A stretch of 64,000 bases of DNA from Tubiluchus corallicola. Lineage: Eukaryota > Animalia > Priapulida. How positions within the stretch are numbered: the first letter of the stretch is position 1; each line of letters begins with the position of its first letter. The notes under the pieces are model-generated. The model saw nothing but the letters and a program-made list of their open reading frames with translations, had not been told where the DNA came from and made no database searches. The translations under genes and the position numbers were made by a program. The stretch covers positions 457,845 to 521,844 of the forward strand of contig JAQGDQ010000136.1 in assembly GCA_030141605.1 (NCBI GenBank), in the 5' to 3' direction. Shown here in pieces: positions 1-13,880 of the stretch.

Positions 1-51
1 TTAACTTATAATAACTATCATTCAAAGTAAGTAAGGAATAATAAAACTTAC

Positions 52-108
52 CAAAGGTTGTGGTTTATGAGTAATCGTCTGACCAGGCATCTGCTGGGTG
101 GCCGCCAT
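52..108 (-). CDS. Putative first coding exon (MAATQQMPGQTITHKPQPL) of a gene continuing beyond the left edge; possibly ciliary
   Basis: AACATGG start context with ATG at 108-106; 19 open codons ending at a phase-0 GTAAG donor (51-47); X-box 13 nt upstream. Product not identifiable from 19 aa. Confidence 0.6.
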
Positions 109-120
109 GTTCTATGCTCT

Positions 121-135
121 GTTACCCTAGGCAAC
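121..135. promoter_or_regulatory. RFX-binding X-box
   Basis: GTTACC-CTA-GGCAAC matches the X-box consensus GTNRCC(N0-3)RGYAAC and lies immediately upstream of the ATG at 108. Confidence 0.7.
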
Positions 136-3100
136 CAGTCAATATCTGGATGTGCAGCAGCAACAGAGTGAGGAAGAAGTTAATTTGTAAGTTTAATAAA
201 CGCTGAGTACATCTACATGCTGCAACTAAAGAGACCAGATATCAACAAACAGAAAAGATTCGTGAACATCGAAGGCACAAAACCAGGTGTTGGCAGAGAT
301 AGATAGACAACTATGTGCAATCAAAACGTAATGCTTATTCTGAGATAAATGGGCGATGAAATTTTTCCTGACTACCTTAAAAACACGCGATACATTTCAC
401 CTTAAACGACTTGTCTGGAGCTCGTTAGCATTAGGAGAGTGTTAATTCCAAATTTACACAAACGTAGTATAATGCTCATTAATGCACCTAGAAGAGTTAA
501 TTCGAGTGATTGTCTTCAGTATTAAACTAGCGCCATCTACTATCGAAACTTCCAAACACCGTGATTGCGAATCGTGATTCTGATGATTCTGTCCATATTA
601 ACCATTCAAACACCTAAAGCCAATTAGAACCACTCCTTAGGTCACTTTCAATTGTGGCAGCACATATAATACTTGCGTTGCGAGCAACTAAAATTGACTC
701 ACATATACATGAGAACGACTCAACGCGTATATTATAGGTTAACATCCGAGTATACAAATAAGCTTAATCATTAATAATTATTAAGAACTTTAATAGAATG
801 TGGGCTCAAGTCACCTACAAGTGTATTTACATTGGTTTGCACTTCTTAACTTACTAAATTATCACAAAAATGACGCATTATTGTATGAGCGGCTCATACG
901 CAATATTCGCCATACCAATCTGATTTGTTAACGACTAATGTATGGCTCTCTAGCTAATTAATTGAGAGATTTGTGGTCGATATTACTGATAGCCTGATAA
1001 TAAGCTTGGTTACCGTGAGCTCAAATCAAGAGTATTGATTAAACGCATTCAACCAACTCTAACCCGCGAAGAAAATGATTGAAATCGACCGAGTAAGTTA
1101 ACTCAGACAAAAAAAACACGAGCAAAATCTTTTCACCTGTACGTGCAGCCTATAGTGTTATAGCCTACAGCATTATTTGCAATGACTGTAGCTATAAAAC
1201 AATCAGTATAGCAATCACAAAGTATGAGTAAATTAGGTATTTACTATTTAGGCTAAGAGATACAGTAAACAAACTGATTATTAAAATTACATGGGTAATT
1301 TATATTAACAACATTATATTAATATATTATATTAGATAATTATATTAACATTTTTATTTTGTATATTCTCAAAGCAGGACATCGTATATCAGTAGTACGC
1401 AGCATTATTTGAGCACAATATATGTATCATATTTTCGCAAGATCTCTATATATTTTTATATACACACTATAGAAATTCTTCGGGAGGGGGGGGGGGGGCA
1501 ATTCAGAAATATAAATCTAACTTGAGATTCCACATTTTAGTTGCCAGAAAGCCCCCAAACTTCTAAAATGTAGGAAATTTCTGGGCATCTTTGGTGTATC
1601 CGACCGTACAGACGTTTCCCCTTAGGCCCACCCATAATTAAACGAATTGATCCCACTCGTGGTTCTCAAACAACTCGCCTATGTGCGCTGTAGCCTGTAA
1701 TCCTGTTAATGAGTTTAGGACTGAACTTGTTCCATAACTTCCCTTTAACGCACTAAAACATTACTTGAAGTGAATGAACATAAAAGCAAAAGAGCCAAGT
1801 TTATTATATCGTAAGATCCCAAATATTCAACTTTAGCATCTGTTTTAATTTACAGAGAAATTTTGCATCACATTAAGAAGACGTTGGTTTAGTAAAATTA
1901 AATTATACATGACGAAATAACATGTATTAAACTATATTCTGTAGAAGGTAGTCTAAAACTTCTCGAAGCCGTCGAGAAAATCTTCCCACCATCTCTAAAA
2001 TAGAAGCCGGCTTACAAGTTGAAAGTAAGCTGCCATGTACCTGCCGCCATCTATTGGACAGAATAGTACAATTTACTAAAGAGATGGGGTTGGTAATAAT
2101 TTATAAACAGATAGAAATTGTTTATTGTTCATAAAACTAGAAGCATTTTAATGGAGATAAACAGTGGTAGATTCTAATCAAATTCTATTGTTTGTACTTG
2201 AAAATGTAACTCTTATGAAGTGATCTGCAAGTTACGTCAGCGTGTAGGCCTACATAGCCTTTCAGAACTATGTTATTGGCCTGCTGTATTTTGGTTCATA
2301 TCGGTTCATAGCCTTTTATCCACAGCCTTTTAGGACCATGTTATCAAAACAAACCTTGGATGCCTCCGACAAAGGCCATAAAGAACACCGTTTAAAGTCA
2401 AGTTCAAATATCAAGTGAGTGTTTTCCATGCGGTGACTGGTGGCGCTTCAGTAGTTCTAAATCAATCAACTTAGTCCAGCTCAAATCAACCAATTTCTCT
2501 TCCCCCCCCCCCATTCAGTTAACTCTGAACAAACACAAAGTCATCATTCAACGCCAATTACTAAAATAACAAGCGAATTTCCCCTAATGAATTACCTAGA
2601 GTGGAACAGATATTGCCACAAAGCGATGTGAATTGAAGCCATGCATTAACCAAATAGCTTTGATAATAAACGCCTCAAACTATAACAATAATTGAGTGGC
2701 GCATCCGTGAATTTGCATAACTACCCTCATTACATTTAAATTTTTCAAAGCAGAACAAAATTAACCCGTATAGTTATAATTTAATTAACTAGGTGGTAGG
2801 GCCAAGCCTGTCTTTAAAAATAAACTCGCAATATTAAACAATGCTGCGCAATATACAGTTTGGACCAGAAACTATGTATAACGCCATCATTTAGGACTAT
2901 TGATTCGCTTTTATGATAACGTTGTTAGTTCAACATCTCGTCAATATGCTGCAAAAGTTCAGCTAATGTCACGGTAACGCGCACTAATAGTCAAATACAT
3001 AATTTATAACAACGCAGGATACATGGTGATCTGCAGAAGTCAGCGAAAGCGTAGAAATTTTCACATGCGAATGTCTCCTCACAAGAGGTTAGTCAGCTTC

Positions 3101-5160
3101 AGGTTACAAAGCTTAGGAAGACGCCCCTTCGCACCCGATTCCTAAAGTGTTGACATGTACCAGTAGACCCACGGGATAGGATCATATGTTGTTTAGACAA
3201 ACAAACACAAACTGTTGTTGAATCACTACCCAGATGATTCCGAAATATGTTGAGAGCTTATGTATTCATAGGAAATTAAAGTTTACCCTGACAGATTTTG
3301 ATACAGTTATATAATACTTGTAAATTAAAAGATTGCCTTATTAATATTGATCGGCTAACCTGTATCTGTGCATATGCGTTACTGAGGTATTATAAAACCG
3401 TAGTTTATCATAACAAACGTTCATAACCGCAGACGTATATTTCTACGAGACTACGATATCACTGTTTTGTGAGCCAGTTGTTATGTTATTACATAGAAAA
3501 CACATTTATAAAAAAATTTCTCTTATATGCTAAACTGATGTAGGGCATATGTACTGGCCAGGCCGCAATAACGAAGCATAAATAGTTTCGTAGCAGTTCA
3601 ATATTAACACACCATAAACAAATTTCTTATATTACACCGCTAGTTGTACATGCAGGTTAAGAAGGCGGGAGATAATGAAGTGCACCAATCTCTTCACACC
3701 TTCACGTATATCAGCGAAATTAAACATGCTACTATTGCGAATGCAATTGTTGGGTAGGCGCTATCAAGTTTATCCAATAATCCTCATTCCGGCAGGTTAC
3801 GCCACAACACTGAATAATAAAATTCATAGGCAGCAAAATTAATACAGTGAACTAGCCAGCCCTGCAAAAACATTTGCGCATAAACCCACAATGACAAACC
3901 ACCCACATCAGATTACCCATACCATTCCACCCATACTACACCGTCCACACCACGTCACACCACTCACACCATGCCATAACTTTAAATTTTTTAAAACGTT
4001 TGCAGTGTTGCCTATTTACAGGAAAAAAAGAAGCTACGAATGTCTATGCCACTTTCATGTAGACATTGCAAAACGAAGTCTAACGAAGTCCCCTAGTGAA
4101 CCGCTATGCCCTCTTCAGGTAACAAACAAGCATCAAGTTCCCCACGGAGCAACAACAAGCAAATGCACTTAATTCCATACAAACCCACATAACTTCTTTA
4201 TACTTGCAACTCAAAGAAATCGCTAAAATAGACAGCCAACGATTTGAAAGGTAAGGAAATGGAGAAATGTGATCAATAGTTAGAGGCTGACGTGAATAAG
4301 CTACAAATAAAAGGTTGCGTGGTGAAAGAGTTAAATGGGAAGTGGAATGAAGGATGTTGATTGTTGAGAATTTAAACGAAGATCGTGTGAACGTCAAATA
4401 AAAATGAAGTATTCAAAACACAGGAACATACACTTTCGCAGAAATTTGACTTTCACTACAGGGCCGCTTCCATGCATTTTTACGCTAATCGTCTCAAACA
4501 AGGTCTTAGCTATTCAAGTTTAGAACATATAATAAAAAGGTCATGATGTTCTTCTTCAAACGAGTGCGATTGTAATTTTCAGAGAATCAACTTTTTGGTA
4601 GAGAATTCCATAGACAAGAAGCACGAGAGAAAAAACTGGATTTATAAAAAGGAATACTACACAAATTATATCGGTATTCAGAGCTAGGGAGAAAATGTAG
4701 AGCACAGAAGCAACAGTAAAAGAAACTTGATGTAGCAACCTTTAAGCAAAGGACTGTAGAGTTTCCAAATCAGACCAACCAGATTACAATACACTTTTGT
4801 AATCTGTCAAGTCGTTTGAGGTAACAAACTAAGGTTACCAGATGTGACTGCAGTACTGCTTACAAGGTCGAATGCTCGCTTTCTAAAACAGAGTAAAGCT
4901 TTAGGAGTTAGATAATTACGAACACGATATCGTGCATCAATATTTTTTTCGATAAGCTTTAGCCGCTTGTGTAAGATATTTCTGCCACCTGCGAACGGAA
5001 ATCCCTAACTGTGCATTTCAGTTAAGATGAGGACTTTGGAAACCAACCTCCTATTAAACACGAAGGCTGGCCCCTAGTTGGACAGCTACCCTTGCAAGGA
5101 GGGTTTCTCTGAAGGCAAGTAATAATGAAACAACATTATACCATTCATAATATTGAAAAT

Positions 5161-5629
5161 GTAACCTAGCCACAGGGGGGGGGGGCAAGCAAGCCCAACT
5201 TAGTGCCGGCCCCAAGCCCAAATAAATAGGGAGGGTTAGGGTCAGGAAGAGCATCCGCCTGTAAAAACTGCGCCAAAACCTTCTATGAATGAGTCGGTGA
5301 GACTTAAAGGTAAAGTCCATAAAGATAGTGGTCAGACCGGCTCTATAATATGGGCTGGAAACAGCTTCTCCAAAGAAGACCGAAGAGAAGAAAATGGGTG
5401 TGGTGGAGATGAGGATGTTGAGATGGATGGTTGGAATAACAAGAAGAGATAAAATTAGAAATAATAATATCAAAGGAACAGTAAAAGTAGTGGAAGCCTC
5501 GCAAGATTGCGACGGTACGGACACCTGAAAGGAAGAGTCGGTGAAGACCATGTAGGAAGGGAAGACATAAATGAAGAGATGGTCAACAACAGCGACCCCG
5601 CATAGGGAAAAGCCGGGAGGAAGAAGAAG
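5161..5629 (+). mobile_element. Internally deleted (bipartite) non-autonomous RTE-clade retroelement (Rex3/Expander-like) with TSD
   Basis: RTE-type 5' UTR (GGGAGGGTTAGGGTCAGGAAGAGCATCCGCCTGTAAAAACTG) is fused to a post-RT coding remnant ([44 protein letters not shown]). The 3' end is GCGACCCC..GGGAAAAGCC..(GAA)n. Direct repeat AATATTGAAAAT at 5149-5160 and 5630-5641. Confidence 0.85.
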
Positions 5630-8338
5630 AATATTGAAAATATAGGGGTCGTCTAGTTGTACAGCTGCAATCATAACAGGGTTGCACCAATAAACCGAAA
5701 AAGTATTGAACATTGTTTTATGCCTATTTAGCTTAAAGTTGTTTGGCACTTTGATAAAATCAAGTAGTTTGAGAATGTGGAATTGCGTGCAACCAATATC
5801 AGTTAGCACAGAAAGCTTTACAGTCCGTACGCAACACAGGTCTATTAATCATCGCATATATGTCACTCTAACTAAGTAAATAACAGGCAGCTGAATGAAA
5901 GTTCATGCCAAATACAATTAATCACACAGGCAGGATGATCTGGATTACAATAATGCAAGGCAAATACAATGTTCTGAAAATAGCCAAGGCAAAACTCACA
6001 GTAAATATTGATACCGAAGAAAGCGATTTAGACAGTGAAAGTTCTTAGTGACAAATTCAGTTAAGCTGTGTTCATCTAAATTCATCCAATAACCGTAACG
6101 GCAACGGGCAAGTACAAACTTTGTGCTGTTTAGTTAAAAAGCTGTTGAGAAAGGATAGTATACAATGGCGACAGAAAGTACAAAACTTTTGCACGCGCAC
6201 ATAGATAAAGTTCACTTTAATGTCCTGTAAACCGGCACAGTCAAGAAAAGAGGTTAACTTCTGCCCGGCGACTAGTTCTAGCGGCTAGTTATTGCCGTTT
6301 CAGCTATCGCCGTCAGTACCAACACACCTTTAGATTTCAACAAATTGTAGAACTAATTTTTACAAAAATACAGGCATTGCAGAACTAATTTTACAAAATT
6401 ACAGACAGAAGAGTGAGGACAGACAACAGTGACGCTATCGTGATCCTCAAAATCTGCTAAACGTACTCAGCGTGTTTAGTTTAGGGTCTATACTCCTGGG
6501 AGAAGAAATCAATACCTACAAACAAGAACACACAAACAGCCAGATAAACAGAGACGATTCTAGATTACAGCAACATTTCATTCAGCAATGGAGTTATCAG
6601 CAAGCAGTAAAACTAGTGAACCGAAGGCTGTCTGCATCATAAAAATGTAACACAGTTAAAGCAGGAGGGTAAAGCCCGGGACTGAATTAAAACTCCTTGC
6701 CAAATACTGCCAACGGGCTCAGCAAATGCTCTGAATAAAATTTATTCAGACAAGCTGTTAAATAGTAGAACAAGGTACTGTCTTAGAAACTGAAAGGCTC
6801 CACTTAACTTCAGTTTTATATAATCACTCGTTTTACTGATTATATGATCTAGAACACGGTCACCCTATGTCAACAAACTGCTTGTGTAACGCATCCTTAT
6901 CAGTCTTAACCAGTTACAGTTATAGCTAATCCATTAACACAACAGCTATGATGAAAATGGAAAGCAGACAATTTCTTAAAAAGACACTTAATCTTCCGAT
7001 TAAGTAATTTACAATTTTGAAAATCAATACCTACTAAGAGCGCAAACTCTAAATAAGCAATCATTCTCAATTTTATATTGCAAATCAAAAACCAACAGAG
7101 CCAGAAACCAAACAGGTCAGACAGTGAGGTAAGTTCACATGTCCCGGTAATGAATACAATGTGCTTGCTGAACTTCGCTTTACCTTTTAGATAGTCAAAA
7201 AATCGTAATTTTTATTCAAAAACCCGTGCACATTATGCTCTATACATTTTCTTTTGGATCTCAGTTTAAAACCTGTACGAAATGCATAAACCAGCTACTA
7301 TTTTTCGCAAACCCATTTCGGAGACTTTATTTTGAAATAAAATGATTTATTAAAAAAATCAATGGAACTCCAACAATTAGTTTTTAACAATAATAAGTTA
7401 ACAAGCATAAAGTGATGATCATCGAGCCTTGCCATTTTCGTAAAAGCTCAGCATGGAAGAACTATATGCATGCTTGTATGTTGAATATGAACCATTTTTG
7501 GTACTTGGCAAGAAGCTACAAAATAACAAAAGAGAAAGTGCAAAAAATGAAAAATTAAAAGCCAAATAATATGACAGATAAACCAATAAATGAACTTGTT
7601 AATAAGCTACTATGGCATGGAACCTGCTACAACAGCACTAAATATTTACTGATGTTTCTCTTGCAATTAGTTTTTACAATAATAAGTTCTGGGAAAACAA
7701 GTTATAAGTATAAGGAATTTCAGAGAAAATTTCAAAAAGAAATGATACCAAATGGATATAGAACTGGATTACACGTGTTCTGAGTTCTGAGTGACATCAG
7801 AGATGTCACTTAATCAAATTTTGGACCAATTCATTATTCATTCTGGTTTATTCTGGAATTCTGGTTCATTCAAGATACGAATAAAGCTTTGCTGCTCGAT
7901 TCGATTGTCATGCCGTACAACTTATCTAATACCTACGAATTTAAGGAAATAGTTCTTGAGATCTACTTACTTTAAACGGCGCCATAAAGTAAATCACTTA
8001 TATCAAGAGCATCTACACCAGCAGAATCACGGTCCGTGTGTCAACACAAAAGCACACAAAGTTGATATGGAAGCAGCGTAGCACTTAAGACGCTGGTCAA
8101 ATCAGGTATGACGGCTCTGAATATAAGCTTATATAAATTCAAACTGCGTGCGAATTAAATGCCTTGTTTAATTTTACAAGCTATTGGTAACACCAGTGCT
8201 ACGTGAGCATATAGCATGCAAACATGGTCGTTTACTTAGAATTGTATGTAAAATTGTACGTATAAAATACGTATATGTTTTAACTAGTTAAATGATCGAC
8301 ATCAGTATCAAACGCAACCCAAAATTTATACTCTAGAG

Positions 8339-8659
8339 CAGTGGTTCCCTAGAAGCAGGGGTAAATTAACCCCCGGGGGTAATATGTTTTTTTTGGGGGG
8401 GGGGGTAACGGGCACCCCTCTGAAAATTTTTAAAACTTCGCTCGGAATGCATTTTACGTAGTTCTTCTTGAAGAGACTGCCTACAACAACAACACCTGGA
8501 AATTTATTTATGTCACGAGCAAACATAAATAATTTTGCTTGCTCGTGGTATATACGTGTGTTTACTTTTTGAGTTGGAGAAGTAGTACTAGGTGGGGGTA
8601 ATGGACACGACCGAGTTTCCCGATTTGGGTAACGGTCCGAGAAAGTTTGGAAACCACTG
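8339..8659. mobile_element. hAT (Charlie/Buster-type) MITE
   Basis: Termini CAGTGGTTCCC ... GGAAACCACTG; 8-bp TSD CTCTAGAG (8331-8338) / CTCTACAG (8660-8667). Confidence 0.8.
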
Positions 8660-8849
8660 CTCTACAGAACAAAACTCTAAAATCAAGTCCCCAATAGTCA
8701 GGTGAAGTTTTGCCGTATGTTGTCCTGCGTTACTGCGTTAACCGTCTGGAATCCTTGACTATTCTTGGGTTCCTTGCTAATGAATAAAGTGACGCAAGTC
8801 ATATTTGTAACAAACACTTGTCGTATGTGTAACGTATCTGTACAAACTT

Positions 8850-9400
8850 TTGTTACTCAAATCCCAACCTTCCAAGGACACTATAAATAAAAAAGCAACT
8901 CCAGTGTGAGTTCCTGCAAAATTGGCGTCATTTTCTTCCATGTTAAAAAGAAATGGCAACGAAGTACACGGTGGATATCAAGCAAATTTCAACAACAAAA
9001 CTATTAAATAGCTCATTAAAGTCTTCAAAATTTAATTGAAGAAGAGGATCGGAAGAAAGAACACCTTGGCAAGCACTTATTGGATACAGGAAAAAAAGGA
9101 CGACCGCTTTTCGCATTCTCAAAGCGACTCTACTGTAGATATCTTAGACTATTTACTTTCAGCCTACGTAATGCTACACACTTCATATTTACAAAGCATT
9201 TAGCTGCAGTTAGTTCCATAAAGGCAAGTTTGCAACATCTACACTCGCACGTGATATTGAGATACGTTGTGGAACAGGACTATCAACAAGTATGTTTTCA
9301 TTTGTTTGGCCAGAGTGCCTTTTGCGATACATTCATCCAAAAATTGCAAATGTTTGGAAAACTTCAATGTCCATGACTCCAAGTGAGAGTCAAATGATTC
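8850..9400 (-). mobile_element. Highly degenerate non-LTR reverse transcriptase remnant
   Basis: Minus-strand fragments LAFMELTAAKCF and ACQGVLSSDPLL resemble RT motifs AFLDLxxAFD and RQGxVLSPLLF in the expected order, but with many disruptions. Confidence 0.3.
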
Positions 9401-11019
9401 ATGGAAACCTTCCATCCTGCTAATAAAATTTTAACTGTCTCCATCTCAGAGGCTTTAAAGATGCAAAACGTTTCGACGGAAAATTCTGGAGGCTCCAATG
9501 ACCATCAAAACGTCAAAATCAAGGTCACCTGTGTTGTAGTAACCCCCACCCAGTACTATCAAGAACCGAGTCCAGACCCACAGTCTCCATTAATTAATCT
9601 ATTAACAATTCACTAGCCTGCGTTTCAGCAACTGTGTCAAACTGAACAAACTCTTCAATCCTCACTATGATGTTCAGAAAGATTCTCATTTAAGTATCTT
9701 GGAACTACTATAGGCCTACATTACCTGTGACAGTTGGATTGATTCTTGACTTAACTGTTGGGTGTTGATTATGCTTCATGTCGTTCAGTCTGTCTAGTAC
9801 AGCAGCACTGAAGCTATATGGATGTAAACATCCCTAAACTTAATTTACGTTTATGGACGCGAAGCCATCGCAATAGCGTTAATGTAAAGTTAATTGTGTT
9901 TGGCGTCGAATGTTGTAGTGGCCGAGCTTCATGCAGTCCTCTTCCCACAATTGTACCCATCTGGGAAGCGTCAGCGAGTCAGAAATGAAAACGAGATGTC
10001 TAGATTTGAGGAATTATTCGGCAACTGTGTGGCAAAATTGACTTGGGTATACAATATCCCAGACGCTGATGAGCTGGGGGAGTTGTGAGCTGTGCACTAA
10101 AGCATTGGAGGAGAGAATTATGTAGCTCTTTAAAAGCTGAGAAGCATAAAACACGCTAAACAAAACGAAACGTGAAAGGTAGCAAGGACTCGACTGGAGA
10201 AAACAATACTACAAACAAATCAAGAAAGATGCTCCAAAAGTAATTAATCAAAAGTTTTGGTACCCCTACTGTATACACATTAAGCGTCTAGGTTTCTCGA
10301 TGTAGTACCAGTAATACCTATAACTTCTGTATTATACTTAAAACAAAAGCCAAGTCTATCGGAAAGTTGAGCTTATTCTAATATCTGACAAGTATTAGAA
10401 AGTTTCAGCAATAAAACTGTGATAAGAGTCCTATGTAATTAGTAAAAGCAATTTAAAGTCGCCGTGACTTCAGGCTTGGGCGCCTTCATATTAGACGAAA
10501 AATTGTGCCATGTGGTTTCCGTGTAATATAGACACTTATTCTGCCAGGTGCTTCAGAATTTTTTTTATAAAGACCTCTATAAAGTAAGTAACCCACCCGT
10601 TGCCTACTATATGCTCGCAACTTTACACGCGTATCTGAAAGTCAACAAAAATCAGTAAATTAATTACTCTTACACAATTAATGTACACTACTTACACATT
10701 TTATGGTATAAGCCTGTGGATTAAACCATATTAATCACTATGTAACCACTCTAAACTTAGACATAATTGATCGAATGAATAATTTTTATATAAACACAGT
10801 TAAATACAATGACAGAATTATTGAACTTCTAAGTGAATTGTAGAAATTTTGCAATGCGTACATTCACCACACTATGCAGGCTGCGAAGTTCGTTTGGAAG
10901 GGAGATTTAACCGGACCGGGTCTACAACTGTTGTAACATCAACGTTTCTTTTAAAAATATGCAATCAAACATCAAGAATTAAAGTTATAGACTAAAATTT
11001 ATAAGACACACATGCACAT

Positions 11020-11130
<111 letters not shown>

Positions 11131-11897
11131 CACATATAAGTACTTTCTTGCGAGTCTGTGTAACAAAGAAATAAAAATTAAAAACTACACAATAACTGTA
11201 GCACTAAAAATACTTTTAAATTCTTAAAAACATCCATCACAAAACAAACATCACAAAATAACAGAAATTACCCACACGAATTGCGCACATTACATTTCCA
11301 CAGTTTTCCACAACAAAACCTATAAAATGTAGAAAACTGATGAAAAATAAATGAGATTTCATTCACTAATGGCGGAGTGGGGGAAAATGAAAACAGCTCA
11401 ATTTGAACTAATGAATGTAGATAAATGCTTTGTTTCCTATAATGCGTGTGTGTGTGGGGGGGGGGGGGGATAACTTGAGTGCAATGACTAATGTCTTCAT
11501 TAGACAATTCAGTTAATTTCGTATATTTCAAAAATTTGACGAAAACATTCTATTAATATCACCTAAGGATGAGTCAAAAGATGCTGAGCCACTAATGCAA
11601 CTTCATTTTCAGTAACATCAAGTTAGGCAATGTTGGCTCTGGCAAATAAATGGAACAATAACAATCTACACCTGATGGAAAACTTTCCTACAATGTTATG
11701 AGCTTGCAATGGTTAGTAGTATCATTCATGCTACATAACCTCAACTTTCTATATGATAATATATGTACAGACAGATGGCAACAGTGGCACTGTTGAGTGA
11801 TACAGAAGGTAATAAGGATGGTGTAAATTTTAAGAACAAGTACTGAGCATGCCAAAATTAAGTATACTTATATATCTGTATAGATATAACACTAGAA

Positions 11898-12292
11898 CAG
11901 TGGTTCTTAACCTGGGGTCGATCTCAGGGGTTCGGCAGAGGATGCTGGACATAAAAACGAAGAAAAGGAACAGACTTTGCTGTGAAAATGACATCAGAGT
12001 GGCACTTGCCAAGGTGAAGGCCACGCATATCTGAACTGGTCCCTCAAAGCAACAGCAGAAGTCACACTGGTTTGCAGGTATGTAATTCGTTGTGAGTTTA
12101 TGCATTGTGTTGGTTTTGTTCTTTGAACAAGGTGATGTTCATGCACGGCTCATTTTGTGTACCAGTAAAAAAACATATCTATGTCTTGAATTTGAAAAAA
12201 ATCATATTTTATTTTTCACTAAAGAGGGGTTCGGTGAATGCGCATATGAAACTGGTGGGGTTCGGTACCTCCAACAAGGTTAAGAACCACTG
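11898..12292 (+). mobile_element. hAT Buster-family deletion derivative retaining the transposase C-terminus
   Basis: TIR CAGTGGTTCTTAACCT / AGGTTAAGAACCACTG; perfect 8-bp TSD CACTAGAA (11890-11897, 12293-12300). Internal remnant MLDIKTKKRNRLCCENDIRVALAKVK..ISELV..QQQKSH matches the Buster/ZBED5-type transposase end. Confidence 0.9.
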
Positions 12293-13607
12293 CACTAGAA
12301 TATGTGCCACAGCAAAACGGAAGCCTGAGCAGCTCCATAAATTTTGAGGCAGTAGTCCGAGAAAATAAATCCAACCTATTTAAACTATCACTCTGCAAGA
12401 AAATAGGAAAACAGTAATCTTATTTATAGAACATTACAGCAAAAAACAGAATCAAAAAGGAACACATTATAAAGCTTTCAATACGAAAAATAGAACAGAA
12501 ACCGACTAGCATAAAAAAAACAAAAAGTAATCACCAATAAACACATGCTAATTTAAATTCTTCATCCTTTGGCTGACTTAATTTTAGAATCTTACTTTAT
12601 CTCAGCGATAATAAGACATGAATCTGTCAGGCGTAATATGAAGCACCAAACTTCAAAACTGTGTTAAGGGTGAAAACGTTACACAAAGTATTTTTTATCA
12701 CACATCAGAAACTGCCATCTAAGCTATAACAAATCTTCAACAGGCTATATTGCTGCAAAATTTTAGCCATATTCCGCAATACTATTACAGGACGCTGTAA
12801 GTGTATAATAATCACAGTCCAGAAAACAGTTATGAAGCCTTTTCTTTACTGACGCAACTAGACAAAATATCACTGAATGGAATAGGATATATACCTAGAT
12901 TAGATACTCCAGAGCAATTTAACTTTGGTAAATGCTCTGTGAGATTATGCACATTTGGTGGCCATTATGGCAGCCAGAAAGTGACTAGATGTACATCTTT
13001 TAAGCTTGTATGTTAAAAAGTACCTGAAATAAAAAGCTCTGTCAAAAATATAATTGTCATGATCTTTTTGTTGTGTGCATTTGCAATTCTTATTATTGAT
13101 GAATTATGCATAGGTCCAAAACTCCATTTCATTCTGCTGCTAACTATTCAGCTAAAGACGTCTGATTTGCAAAGTATCATGTTCATGAATTTATAATATT
13201 AATAGGTTAAATCAATGTTATGTTATATCCAAGCAGTTGATGATACAGTTCTAAGATTATATTAATTACCGAGTACAAAGCTGTCATAAATTACCTATAT
13301 ACTATGTAGTCACGGAATCTCTGATGGAATTACGGAAACTGCAGTATCGCAAGTACTGTATATTCGAATTTGAAATACACGAGTGATTGACCATGATTAA
13401 ATTTTAAAGATCAAGTCCGGCAGAGAGTAAAAAATTGCCTATTAAGACTATAACCAATGAAATCAAAAGTTAGTCTTTAATCATACATACACACTGATGC
13501 TAACTTGCTACAATCTTACAGTACAAGTTACATTACCTGGGCCTACTACTACTCTGTACTACTAGCTTCAGCTTGGACTTTGAACTGGATTCGGCGAATG
13601 AACTTAC

Positions 13608-13670
13608 CTTAGCTTTCTTTTCTTTTTCCTGGTTTTCGTTAACATTAGCTATTTCCTCTCCTTTCGCCAT
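13608..13670 (-). CDS. Putative first coding exon (MAKGEEIANVNENQEKEKKAK) of an unidentified gene
   Basis: ATG at 13670-13668; 21 open codons ending AAG|GTAAG (phase 0); CpG-richer promoter-like region directly upstream. Confidence 0.6.
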
Positions 13671-13770
13671 AGCGGACCTCGCTCGTACTGCGAGAAAATT
13701 TCCCACAGAAAACTAACTAAGCCAACTCTGAACTTGATACGTTCACTAAACACTATCGATGAAGAAAAAA

Positions 13771-13880
13771 TACTCACGAGTTAACAACTTTGCGGCATGT
13801 GAAAGCGAAAACACCGCCCACGCGCCAAAGCCCCACCTAGTGTGAAATATATTAAACTTTGTGACTTATGATTCGCGAAG
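13771..13880 (-). promoter_or_regulatory. Promoter-like cluster upstream of the 13670 exon
   Basis: Minus-strand GCGTGGGCG (EGR/GC box, 13815-13823) overlaps TTTGGCGCG (E2F consensus, 13821-13829); CTCF-like CACTAGGTGGGGC at 13830-13842; TTCGCGAA palindrome near 13872. Confidence 0.5.

Noticed and set aside
5054-5809. 251-aa minus-strand ORF
   Set aside because: It is largely the antisense of the purine-rich RTE remnant and has no protein-like signature.
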